A DNA stretch of 64,000 nucleotides from Chiloscyllium plagiosum. Its lineage: Eukaryota. Position numbers and translations under genes: made by a program. Positions 37,157-49,882 of this stretch are shown in pieces. The DNA lies in contig NC_057719.1 in assembly GCF_004010195.1 (NCBI RefSeq), positions 16,697,532 to 16,761,531 of the forward strand, written 5' to 3'. Positions within the stretch are counted from its first letter, which is position 1; every line of letters begins with the position of its first letter. The notes beneath the pieces are model-generated. The model made no database searches and was not told where the DNA came from. It saw only the letters and a list, made by a program, of their open reading frames with translations.

Positions 37157-39682
37157 AATACATAGTTCTGAGTGCCAAAATTTATATCTGAATTAACATC
37201 CCTGAAATAAAAGCAAGAATTCTTAATTTCAAACACATTGTAGTTTGTGGGAACTTGACATGCAGAAATGAGATGTCATGTTTCCTACACTTGAACAGTG
37301 CCTTCGTAATGAAATAGTATATTAGCTGTACAAGTGCTTTGGGGTGTTCTGATGTTATGAAGTGCAATATATAAATACAAGTTTTTATTTAGTAGAGGAA
37401 AGGAATCAGATATTTGATCAAACCTTGGAGCGGTGGGTACCATTGATTGTGGAGAGTGCAGCCCAACATTGTTTAATACACTGGTGGTGAATGGCTAAAC
37501 CAGTATATGCCAGGAAGGCCAAAGTCAAGGATGTAGAGATAGGGGCGCTGCCATAGCTGCTCACTGGGCTAAGTGGCCTACTTTGGTTCCTATGTTCCCT
37601 TGTTTGTATGCCAAAGGAATCTCGAGAATGTAGAGAGAGCAAAGGGTTTGCAGGGAGCAAGGTTATGGCACAGATCAACAGCCGTAGAAGTATTTAAGTG
37701 GATGGAAATACAAAGGTGAATCCGTTGGCAGTTTGAAATTGCAGTTGTATCTTTGATTCTAGCCTCTTTGAATTTTAGTTACTCTACCAACTTCAGCCAT
37801 ACCTTTAGCTATCTTGTACCTCAGCCCTGAAATTCCCTTCTTAAACCTCTCCTCCTCTTTACTTCCCTCTCCTCCTTTATGATGCTCTTTAAAACACAGA
37901 TTTTCCACCAAGCTTTTGGACACCTGTCTTTAAATGTATTAATATCAAATTTCATCTGATTATATCCACTTGAAGCACATTAGTGCACTTAAGCATTTTA
38001 AAGGTGCTATATAAATGCAAGTTGTTCTTGTATGTATTTTAGGAGAGAGTTGTTTCCAGAGACAGATAAGAAAGATTTGCAATTGGAAATGGGTTTCTTT
38101 TGACGAGCAGGATGTGAGTGGCTAAAGATACAAGCAAAAGGTTGAAGATGGTCTTGTCATTGGTTGAGACCATTGGATCGAATAGGCCAAATGATATGGC
38201 AAGTTTGAAGGAGTGGTGAATATGGGTAGGAGAGCTGGTATAGTGGGAGATGTTTCAGAAGGACAAGGACAAATTGAGATGGGGATTATAAAAATCAGAA
38301 TATCTTGAAGGAATTTGGGATCTGAATTGGAAGATGGAAGGAAATGTGGATTTTAAGGGGATTGGGAAGATAGTGAGGTGCTCAAAGAAGGAAAAAATGC
38401 CATTGCAGCAGGACAGAGAAACCCACTTCCTAAATACACAGTTTACGTCTGCCAAATGAGAGAGGTAAGAGTTAATTGGGACAGACAATGAGCACTTATA
38501 TGTATATGTAGCTCAGTTTGTAAGGTAACAATGGTCCAGAGAGCAACATGTAGAAACCTCATTTCTAAGCACAGGTCCTAAGATGCAGGGTAAATGGCAA
38601 CACAGTGAACTTAATGGTTAAGGCCTATTTTGGTGGTGTACCTTCTATACAGGGCTGATTTTTAACTGCAAGTGGGTGGATTTTTAATGCGTTAAAATCT
38701 CACAGTGTATTTCTCACTATATTCCGACTAATGTCCTGAATGGAGTCCTTTAATAAATAATTCTGCTGTGGTGCGTAATTCCAGCTATAGCTTCAAGACT
38801 GTTTAGACTATCTGAACTCCTGACATTTGTTTAAATCACTCTTAAAATCTGAGGCTTGAAGCTACTCACTTGGCCCGAGGGAAGATAAGAAGATATGGAC
38901 TTAATTCCTTATAGCTGTTTTAATCTATTTGGAAGTTTATTCTGTCCTACTTTGCTGGAAATGACACCTCCATTAAATTTAAAATAAGTGATGCCTGCAG
39001 GCAGGTGTAGTAAGACTGGGTTTGTTGGGAAAGTTTATGGTGGAGTCAGTAAATAGTTTCATTGTTCCACATGGAGGGTTCAATTGGTATTGATGAATGG
39101 ATGCCGGAAAAGAGATTTTATTCCAAGTGTGTGGTAGTTTTGTTGTCAGCTTGTCCACACATTAAATCCTACAAACATTCCAACACAACAAGCATTGCAG
39201 CTGTCTGTTCCTCATTCCTTTCAGCTTTAGTACAAGGGACGTCAGAGTATTTATAAAGGTTTAAGTTGCACCATCTCCTTTAAGAAGATCAGTTTCTAGA
39301 AGCAATACAATAAATTAGATGATCACATCACATCTTGCTCTGCAAATTATTTTTTTCACCACAGGATCTTATTTGCAAATTATTGCATTTTGATAGTACC
39401 TATAAGCAAGTGATAAAGGTATTGCTGTAAAGTCCAAACCTCACTGAGCTGCATTTGTTTTCACCTTTCTCACTTTCAGTACCAGGCACAATTTGCCCTT
39501 TCTTCTCACTTTCCTATTCTGCATCTCATTTTCTTCCATTCCATTCTCTCTCCTCCTGTTTTTCCATTTCACTAACTCTATGCTCTCCGTCTCCTTTTGT
39601 CTCTGTTTTCCCTTTTACCTTGTCCCCTCTCCCCACTGCTGATGTACACAATGTATTCACAGCTTTTGTGTTTTTTAAACAG

Positions 39683-39784
39683 GGTCCTCCGTGGCTGATG
39701 ACTGGGGACCCCAATGTTCCCGTGGTACCACCTGGATTCAGCCCCACTGCCCAAAAGCCAGAAGCTGTAGTGCATGCAATGAAG
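39683..39784 (+). CDS. Internal coding exon (GPPWLMTGDPNVPVVPPGFSPTAQKPEAVVHAMK) of an unidentified host gene
   Basis: Pyrimidine tract + AAACAG acceptor, AAG|GTAAAG donor, 102 bp, phase 0/0, open frame continuous with the next two exons. Confidence 0.85.
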
Positions 39785-40577
39785 GTAAAGCGCTGTAGCC
39801 TTGTCTTCCCCTCTATAAGCACATTGAAAGCAAACTGGTCCTCCACAAAGGTGCAGACTTAACAATTAATGGAAGTAACGACTAAAACAATACTGAGGCA
39901 GCTTTATTTTACTCAGTCTCTGTGAACCGGGGGACCAAAAAGCCTTTGTTCCTCATATCTAGAAAGAGATTTGAGGTCTGCAGAAACTAAACCTTGTGAT
40001 CCTTAATCTGATTAATAAAGATAATCAGTGACTACCCAGCCAGTCCCATTCCAATCACCTAAGGCTAAATAATCCTTGAAATAATGCAAAGAAATGGCAT
40101 CTTTGTTCCTCAAAATTTATTCTTGTTTTGTTCACAGTGTTGTCATTTTTCACTGTGGTGCCTAGTGCCTCTCTCTCTCTGTCTCACTTTCTCCTATCCC
40201 ATGAGTCCTTACCTGGCTCATTCTTCTCATTCTTAACTCCAGCTGGGAGAGATAGCTGATTTAAAAAGAGGCCTCTGTTATTCTCTGGATTAGTTGAAAG
40301 AAGAGCCACACCCGATCAATAGGTGTTTTGTGCACACTTACTCCCTCGTGTTCTTAAACCTATTGCTCACCAAGAACATAAATACAGGTCATCACAAACC
40401 TTTGACTGACGGATGCCTTCCCGCTTGCATTAATCGTGCACCTGCTGCTCACGTGTTGTTGCCTCCATTGTGTGGGAAAGTGATAACTTTTGTGAGATCC
40501 TTAATATTCTGTTGCCTCCCCTTCTCCTCCTCAATCTCATGGATTCCCACAGACTGAAGAGGAAATTCCTCGCATAG

Positions 40578-40598
40578 GATTTAAAGGGGCCACTATGA
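40578..40598 (+). CDS. Candidate alternative terminal coding exon (DLKGPL*)
   Basis: CATAG|GAT TTA AAG GGG CCA CTA TGA is in phase 0 with the upstream exon and reproduces the KGPL* end of the main last exon. An upstream pyrimidine tract lies at 40510-40540. Confidence 0.5.
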   Translation, partial: DLKGPL

Positions 40599-40651
40599 TA
40601 TGATGAACGAACAAATTTCATTCTATTTTTATTATGTTTTAATCTTTATAG

Positions 40652-40878
40652 AGTTAAAAATCACACAACACCAGGTTATAGTCCAACAGGTTTAATTGGA
40701 AGCACACTAGCTTTTGGAGCGTCGCTCCTTCATCAGGTGGTAGTGGAGGGTTGAGCCCTCCACTACCACCTGATGAAGGAGCGACGCTCCGAAAGCTAGT
40801 GTGCTTCCAATTAAACCTGTTGGACTATAACCTAGTATTGTGATTTTTAACTTTCTACACCCCAGCACCTCCAAATCA
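40652..40878. mobile_element. Near-perfect ~200-bp palindrome of a PLE terminal repeat with two opposed hammerhead motifs; 13-bp TSD
   Basis: Arms 40651-40750 / 40756-40853. TTAATC(T/C)TTATAG at 40639-40651 and 40879-40891. The sequence matches the 3' end of the GIY-YIG element at 57962-58090. Confidence 0.9.
40766..40802 (+). ncRNA. Minimal type I hammerhead ribozyme-like motif (best-preserved copy)
   Basis: CAC-CTGATGA-A-GGAGC-GAC-GCTCC-GAAAG-CTA^GTG: perfect 5-bp stem II, palindromic AGCT stem III and 3-bp stem I. Confidence 0.78.
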
Positions 40879-42213
40879 TTAATCCTTATAGGATTCTTGG
40901 ACTTTTTTAACGCAATGTTTTGATGCTATTTCCTTCCTCTACAGCTGGATCTTTATAGGTCAGGGTCACTATGTTCATTTACACAGAGATTTGAGGTGAA
41001 TGGCAGGGATTCAGGCACAGTTTCAGCAAACTGCTCCCCTTCCTTCATAATTCCCATTCAATAGCCCCTTTGCTGGTCACAATGCTGCATCTCTGAAGCA
41101 GCAATTCAGAAAATGGAGCTTAGAAGAGACCACAAACTGTTGCTTCATTTCCTTTCAAGGGGTTAATAAATTAGCCAGTGCTCCCTAGATCCCATTCCAC
41201 AAAAACTAGAAACCAGTGTCTTTATTGCCAAAGCCTTCACAGGTACGACATTGTTTTAAAACAAAAATGCATTCAAAATCTTCATTGCTATGAATATTGG
41301 AGCTCAAGTTAGTTGTGAGAAGGAAGGTCTTTCATTGCAAATATGTCTCTGTGAAACGGCCAGTGAAAACCTGGAACTCTCTCTCTCACCTTTTTCTCTG
41401 CTCACCACGCAAAATAGAAATGCTGTTGACCCGGGAATCTGGAGGAAAATTGGAAACTGAAGTTGTTTCAATTTTGTTAGACAAATGTGTTAAAGATTAC
41501 AGAACAAAAGCACGACTTGAAATAATGATCAACTATGATCTAATTGATTGGAAGAAAGGCTGGAGGGGCTAAATGACCTATTTCAGCTCCTGATGTGTGT
41601 TTCGCCTCATGAATATTGTCCTTTATTCCATTCCATTGACCTCAGCAGAGCACAGTGTGGATTGAGCTGTATATCAGGCAAGCAGTATCATAATCCTCTT
41701 ATGAATTTACTACCCAAACCACTGTTCCACCCTATTAATATTTTTTGGTGCTACATTCAAGTTTAAAATGTCATTTCTTTTTCAAAGTTATTTAAATCTT
41801 CATCTCCATCCTTTCCCCAAGGCATGGCTCATGCTGAGGTACTAACCCTCCTACTAACCCTCCATGCCAGTGCTCCCAAGTTATTTCTGATTGAGTGGCC
41901 ATATGGGGGATCTTGGTGAATGAATACCAGCAGACTGCTATTGGAGGTCATTGCAGTCACCTCAAATGTTCAAATGTGAGTTTCCTCTTCATGCCTGATA
42001 AATCAGTCAACACATGGTAGTGTGAGGCATTGAACCAAGGCATGTCCTATTTCACTTATTTCTTCAATGTGTGCTGCCTGAACCAACTGAATTCTCCATG
42101 GGAATAAATAGAAAGCTAGGTTTTTGTGTTCCGGGTATGAAAATCCTAACCTGATACAGTTAATATTTCCATGTAACTGGAAAGAGTTGATTTCTGGAAT
42201 ATATGTGATTTAA

Positions 42214-42375
<162 letters not shown>

Positions 42376-43721
42376 TAGCAATGTGATCTGATACCATAGC
42401 AACACAATATCAAATAACAAATCCTGTTTTCAGTGCAATGGGGATATACACAAGGAAGTTACATTGAGGAAATAAAAGAAACAAAGCTTTAGGTAAGAGT
42501 TCGGCTTTCTGCAGTAGCGTTAAGTTAATTTATAATGAATTAGCAGCTGGTTAACATCTCCTGATCTTTATTTTTGCTGATGTAGGGTGAATTGGGAAAG
42601 TTGTGAAACAAGCTGCTAATTCAGAATGGCCAGACTTGCGCTTTCACACAAAGCCACACTCTACCCCCTTATGTTTATTCTGCATTGAAACACAGCTTGT
42701 TATTAAAGTCCATACTCAACACAAGGTTTTGACGTTTTAAAAAACTGACAGTATGATTCACATGATCCGTTTTAAATCAGAAAATGCGGGGAACACTCAA
42801 CAATGTGGGCAGGATCTGTAGTGAGGAATTGAATTAATGTTTCAGGTCAAAAGCACTGACTTCAGAACATTACATGGTCGCTGTTGTGATCTGTAGCTCA
42901 ACCTGGTTACTACAGGAGCAGGTGACTTCAGATGGGATAGAGGCAAAATCACAGCAATTGGCTTTAGCATCCCTGGGCACTGTAATTTTGACCAGTATCC
43001 TCTTACATGATTGGTACCCATCAGTTACACTGGAATCATAATTGAGGATAGGATCACATTTAGCAGTGATTGTCCATATTTTTGGATAACCTGGCATCAC
43101 ACTGCATCCAGACTATTACTTGGTGAGATACCACAGGGAGCTGTATCCACTGGAAATCTGGTTCGGCAAGTAGGGAATACTTCAGAATGAGGAGAAAGAA
43201 TTTTAAAAACGTGTCATGTTTTAAGAATTTGTTCATGGGACATGAGCAACTCTGGATATGCCATGATTTATCCCCGATCCCCAATGGCTCTTGAGAAAGT
43301 AGTGTTGAGCTGTTTCATGATCTGCTGCGGTTCTTGAGATGTAGGCACACCCACAGTACTGTTAGGAAGGGAATTCCTGGTAATATAGTTCCAAGTCATG
43401 AAGATATTTGTCTTGGAAGGAAACTTGTAGGTGGTGGTGTTCCTATCTATCCTTGTCTTTCTGTCGGATAGAGTTTTTGCTATGGATACTGACAAAGGAG
43501 TTCATGAGTTTTGAAAGTGTCGTTTAAGGCATTTCAATTAACCTTAATTTCTATATCAGAAATACTATACGAAGAAGAAACTATTTACAATGGTCATAAA
43601 CAAACTGACCGACAGAACAGGCTCATGGGAATGAATGGCCTACTCCACTTCCTAAGTTCCTTCCAATAATGGTGTGTTCAAAGGATAGAAAGACAAACTG
43701 TGAAAAATTTTGGACAAGTGA

Positions 43722-43862
<141 letters not shown>

Positions 43863-46696
43863 TGCTATTGCCTGCAGCACCTGGACTTTGCAGACTTGCA
43901 ACAAGGATAGAGAGAGAGAGGGAGAGACGTCCTCATTGCACCAAGACATAAGTGGAAAGAATAGAACTTCTGAGAAGTGTAAGCCTGGCCATTTGCTCAA
44001 CATGGCCCTACCTACCATGTACATGTGAAGAAGGATGCTGACGTGTGCCTATAGTGATGGAGAGTTCACTATGTACTGACCACAAAGCAAATGTAAATTA
44101 CTTCTTATGTACAGCTGACTGTAATTGCCAGTCTGGTGAGCTGTGCTACACAGTATGCTACAGTTACATGAGCCTGTGTAGAGAGATTAATTGAAGTACT
44201 TTGGTCACTGAATAATGTCAGATAACTTTACCTCCACCCCCACCTCTGTGACTGTCCTATCCATATCAGATTGATATGACGCTATTATTAGCAAACTCAA
44301 ACATTTTTAATGTAGTTTCCTTAATATGGGGTGGACAATATTTCTGGGAGAAAATAAACAAATCCTCGTACTAGCAATGTGAAAGGGGTCATATTTCCAT
44401 GTGCAGGAATACCTGGTTCTCAGTACATATGCGTGCCACTTTCACTGAATGAGTCTGTAACCAGCTTTCTGTCATTGACCAGTGCAGTCTGAAGCCAACA
44501 GAACAGAATATCCGGAAGTATTCAAATGATGGAATTTTCAATGTTTAAAGAGTGTAGCCTATTAAGGAGAAACCATTTTCTTAAAGGGACAGTATTCTTT
44601 TCAATGACTAGGATTTCTCTCGTCAGCTTTTGCTCTGTATTGAAAACTTTGAGGAAATTATTTCTTTCAGCCTCCACTGTAAATTGTAGTTGCAGTTTAG
44701 CACCATGATTGTTTCCTATGCCTCTATTATGATGCACATTGTCACAAATTGTGTACTGTTCGGAGCATAAAATACACCTGAAACTTATGCAGTAACATTC
44801 ATCCATCACTAGCAATTTTGAAGTAAATGTGTGTAGCACAATATTTTGCTCTGTAAAATAAGTTTTATCATCCAAAATCACTCATGCTGTTTCACTGAAA
44901 TGTTTGCCCGAAATTTTTGCTACTTTATTTTTTGAAGCCCAGTTCAGTGATCAGATGGAAATTGTTTCTTTCCACAGAAGGTGACTTGGGATTAAAATGG
45001 TAACAGAGGGCAAATTACTCAATGTCACGTAGTATTATTGCAAGCTGTGGGCTCGGGAATGACACAGTACCGATTACTCTGTGTCCAACTGACTCACCTA
45101 AGAGGTGTATGAGTTCAGCACTGGTTTTTAACTGAACCTCAATTGTGTGATGCAGGTATTCAGGAATGCTATTTCCAACTGAATCAAGAATGCACATGAA
45201 AGATAGCCTATCAGCAAACTAAGAAAGTTCGATTCCATAACATAAATGAAGATTTGTTAAACTTGTGAATTTTTAGACATTAAACATTGCTTAAGAGAAG
45301 ACATAAAGTTGAAATATTTTGTCTTGCACTCATCAGAACTAGAATGCGAGAAACAGACTTGTAAAAAGCAACATTAATTTATACAGCATGAAACGTGGAT
45401 TGTTTGAGCCACAGTTGGCATTCAAATCTGACATGGGCTGTTCACTGTTAATCTTAATTCTCAGACTTGGCATGCACTCTATCTCATAATGTATAAAAAG
45501 ATGCCCCTTTCTCAAATCTGTTTCTTACATTGCTGAATAAAAAATGACTAATCTACAAGTTACTGAACCACTTTCAACCTAAACCCTCTGCAAACAATTG
45601 CTTTAATTTGTTTTAATGCAGACTATTAATGTCAGTCTTCAATGCAGGCAAAAGACAACAGATTGAACTTGTTTCTGCCTGCACCTGATTTGACTTTATC
45701 GTCACTTGACTGCCATTCCCAAGTGATGTTCAGTTGGGATTGTGTTTATTTTACTAGTTTGAACTTGCTTCCCTGTTAACTGATACATCTCCAGTGTAAT
45801 CTGATTCTGGCACTTCTGAGATGAGAATCTAAAACAAATTGTCAGAAATTAAGCATTAGTTATGCAGGCAAGGTTTGCTGGATTTTATCTTGAGTTTTTC
45901 ATAAATAGCTACTCCCCACTAGCAAAACAGCAGTTGGAATCTGAAGTTTGTGTAGTGCTGTTCACATAATGCTCAAATTGGATCTTTACTGGAAGGAGGA
46001 ATATGGTTGACCTTCAGTGTTTTGAGTGTAATTGTACCATCTGGTGTGACACTTGACCATATAAAACAAGTCTGTAGGTGTGACCTGTTGGTTATTGATT
46101 GACATAGACATTGAGGGAATTATTGTTAGCATGTGATAAACAACTGCTATGAGGAGGTGGGATATTTTTCTCAGGTTAAGGTTTCCCTTATTTTGCTGTG
46201 AACCTGCTATTGTTCCTTGGTGAGCCTTTTGTGCTGACAATAGACTGGATTAAAACTTTTGACAGAACTAGACTAAGGTGCTTAATATAATCTAAGATTC
46301 ACAAACTGGTGGAGCATTTGGAGCTTTTAAAGGCATCAGGGCTGAGGTGGCTTGGCAATATTTTGTCACTGGGCCAGTTCGAGGTAATGTCCTCTTCTGG
46401 AAAGAGCTTCCAGTCATCAAAGCAGGGAACTGTAACATTTTAATTAGAATCTGATTACTGATCAGACCAGAATTCTGAAAATCTAATTCCAAAGGCAGTT
46501 GTATATTATTTGAGCATGCTAACTGCCTTGTAACTGTACCATCCATAGCATTCTTTAAACTCATGAGCATTTTCCCTTTACCTCAGAATTTTGTAATGTA
46601 ATGTGCTATACACTGGAATATGGGTAATACCCAACTTAATTGTTTTCTAACAGTATAAATTTTTACTATGATTGCAGTATAAATTTAGTATATTCA

Positions 46697-46735
<39 letters not shown>

Positions 46736-47150
46736 CTTTTTAAAAAAATATTGTTGAAATTAATCCCAGAGGAAGTAAAGATTCAATACCACTCATTGAT
46801 TCTTGTAATTTGATTGTTGAAGTAGGTTTAAAATAAGTTTGACCATTTGCCAAGATTCTTCGTTAAAGCAGCATCACATTCAGCTATCATGCTGTCACTA
46901 CCGAAAGAAATTGGTCAAAAAATAATATAGTCCCCTTGGTCTAATAGGTGAATTCTAAAAACTTCTTCCTGACTTCACCCTCCCTTCAATTGATTTCGTT
47001 TTCACTGGTGACATACTGCAGACAATGTTTCATGGTTTATTGATGTGGATTGATTCTTCTTTGAGACACAGATCACTTTTTAACCAAATTGACCCTGTCC
47101 AGAAATAAGTAACGAACAGCATCAAGACTTGCAGTATGGCTGCTTAGCAT
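43863..47150 (+). other. Probable long 3'UTR / downstream region of the host gene (true end unknown)
   Basis: About 3.3 kb without recognisable retroelements. AATAAA near 44353 and 45536. Confidence 0.4.
46697..46735. repeat. (TG)n(TA)n microsatellite
   Basis: Directly visible. Confidence 0.95.
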
Positions 47151-47187
47151 ATTTTAATTTTAAAACAACCTCCTTTCAATGTAGAGT

Positions 47188-47612
47188 CAAAAACAGAAAT
47201 TGCTGGAAAAGCCCAGCAGGTCTGGCAGCATCTGTGGAGAAAAATCAGAGTTCATGGGATCATAGTGTGGAAGCAGGTCGTTTGGCCCAATCAAGTCCGC
47301 ACTGACCCTCTGACGAGCATGTCGCCCAAATTTCCCATGGCCAATCCACCTTGCCTGGAGGCAACCCATGCAGACATGGGGAGAATTCCACACAAGCGGA
47401 TGCCTGAGTCTGGAATTGAACCCAGATCCCTGGCACTGTGAAGCAGCAGTGCTAACCACCGACCCAGCATGCCCCCTTTTTTGAGGGAGGATCACTTGAC
47501 CTGAAATGTTAATTATGATTTCTCTGCACAAATGCTGCCAGACCTGCTGAGCTTTCCCAGCAGTTTCTGTTTTTGTCTCTGATTTACAGCATCCGCAGTT
47601 CTTTTGGTTTTT
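47188..47612. mobile_element. Fold-back PLE-terminus repeat with a minus-strand HE1-like SINE (~47258-47472) inserted at its centre
   Basis: CAAAAACAGAAATTGCTGGAAAAGCCCAGCAGGTCTGGCAGCAT versus ATGCTGCCAGACCTGCTGAGCTTTCCCAGCAGTTTCTGTTTTTG. SINE head CCCTGGCACTGTGAAGCAGC lies between the arms. Confidence 0.8.
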
Positions 47613-47657
47613 ATTTCCTTTAAATGTACTAATTTTGCTTAAAATCAATGTCATTTT

Positions 47658-47842
47658 GCAAACAGAAACTGCTGGGGAAACTCAGTAGGTCTGATAGCAT
47701 TTGTGCAGAGAAAGCAGAGTTAATGTTTCCGGTCCAGTGACCCTTCTCGAGAACTAGCTGTGAAGTAGGGTCACTAGACCTGAAATATTGATTCTGCTTT
47801 TGTTTTTGTTTCAAATTTCTAGTATCTACAGTTCTTTATTTT
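47658..47842. mobile_element. Fold-back PLE-terminus repeat with two degenerate hammerhead-like motifs
   Basis: TTTCCGGTCCAGTGACCCTTC opposed to GAAGTAGGGTCACTAGACCTGAAA. Confidence 0.65.
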
Positions 47843-49718
47843 CCAGTCACTGTTTTGACTAAATTCATTTCTGCCGACTTTATTTTTATGGCTGAAGGAT
47901 GAATGTTAGTAAAACTAGAAGAATAATAGCTCTTAAAAAGTCCAAAAGAATTTATTGTGATGCTTCTCCATTGCCCTAGTGTTGGGACAAGTTTAAAAAT
48001 GCTTGCTTTCGTACATGGTGACTCTTAAATAAAACCAGGAAGCCATAGCAGACTCATCAGCATCTGAAAAAGAAAAACATTTGAATATTAAGTGGAGATA
48101 CTCAATCAGAACTCTGATAATTTGGTTCCCCGAGTTTCTTTTTAATTGATCAGTTTGTTAATTACAACTGGTGAGCATGGGGCAAGTGTCTTTGAAAACA
48201 ATTGGAGCTTAAGTACATTAAACTGGTAGAATATAAGCAACAATCTGGTAATTAACTGACAGGGCCTGGGTGATTAATCCCCCTCCTTTAGTTCAGTTAG
48301 TTAGTTCCACAAACTGGTTCACCTGTTGTTATTGGCACTTTATTACCAAAAGGAGAAAGTGATACTTAAGTTCGTACAGGCAACGTTTTATTGTGGTTTA
48401 CATATAATACAGTGAGGAGAAGCTAAATTGATTTTTTTTAAAATGGAGGAGTCCTCATTTGAAATAATTGGGCAAATGTGGAGTTGATCTCCAAATCAGA
48501 TTTCCAAATTCCTTCTGAGGTTGTCATAAATTTGGACAGTTGGTAATTTGCTAATATGGCGACCTATTGCTTGAAAATAGCGATTTTGAGTGCAGGACTG
48601 TTAGGGTGTTTTTAAAGTTTAAGGTACCTTTTTGTCATGTATCTGGGCATGCGTTGTGTGGATTGTTTCGGGTAATGTTCCCATTTCTGAATCCTTTGAT
48701 TGCACAATACTGTAGCCGTCACACTAAAACTATTGTCAAAACTAATTAAAGATAAGTCTAATGGACACCTTAAACCCAGCTTTTTCAGTGTAAGTCTAGT
48801 TTCAGAGAAAATAGATCATCTTGTTATTCTATGACTTGAGACTGAATCTGCATCATAGTGTGGGCAAACTGTATGAGGAGTCTAGTTGCTCTGATGGTGT
48901 TAGGATCAATAAGCATCATACTGGAACTTGTTCCATCAGTGAATCTGAGCATTAATCTTTGTACCTGGCACAGTAGGGTGTTTAGATTGAGGATGATTTA
49001 TTTGAAAATATATTTGAAAGGTTCCTGGTTAATTAACTGCGACTGTTGATCTCTACAGCCCCTTTATAATTCCAATTCCCACTTTCTGTGGTTCGTCAAT
49101 AAATCATTTTGATTGGGTTTTCTTTCACCATTTACAAGAAATGATAAAAATGAGTTATCCTTACTCAAGTTGTTATTAATCATTTCCCTCAGTAGGTTGC
49201 CTAATAGGTGTCTAATGGAAATGGTTTTGCTATTGTGAGAATCTGCAGCCTGTGGATATTATTTCTGTGCAACGACGTCTGTAATAAATCTTTGAATTGT
49301 AAGTGCTTTAAAGAAGTACTTAACAGCAGTTCCCGGATGACCTGCAGAGCAAAGGTGCTCATTGTTATATCATTAACCTGCACAGATCAAAACTTTCCAG
49401 GTTTCATCTCTGAAATTCTCTCTCACAAAAGATTATGGAACCTTCAAGAGCAAGATTGACTGATGTTTGATTGTTGGGTTAGGAATATTCATCCGTTCTT
49501 AAAATGGATCAACCATGAACTAATTGAGAGCCGATTTGGCCTTTTCCTGTTCGTTTGATCTCTGTCTCGATAGGGACATGACCGGTTCACCCTGGGGTTG
49601 TTGAGATGTGGAATTCCTATTCCCAATCATGGACCAGTGACTTCTGTTGGAAATCGCAGACCACAAGGTCTTGCTGAGTTTAAATAACCCACAACATAGT
49701 TTCACAGATTGAAGAATG

Positions 49719-49882
49719 ATTTGGAGATGCCGGTGTTGGACAGGTTTAATTGGAAGCACTAGCTTTCGGTGCGCTGCTCCCTCATCAGGTGGTTGACAAC
49801 CACTGATGAAGGAGCGGCACTCCGAAAGCTAGTCCGACCAATTAGAACTGTTGGACTATAACCTGGTGTTGTGTGATTTTTA
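49719..49882. mobile_element. Palindromic PLE terminal-repeat insertion with two opposed hammerhead motifs; perfect 13-bp TSD
   Basis: AGATTGAAGAATG at 49706-49718 and 49883-49895. Centre GTGGTTG-A-CAACCAC. CTGATGAAGGAGCGGCACTCCGAAAGCTAGT on the + strand. Confidence 0.9.

Noticed and set aside
39455..39862. 135-aa ORF as a single-exon gene
   Set aside because: Only 39683-39784 is bounded by splice sites. The N-terminal part is a translated pyrimidine tract.
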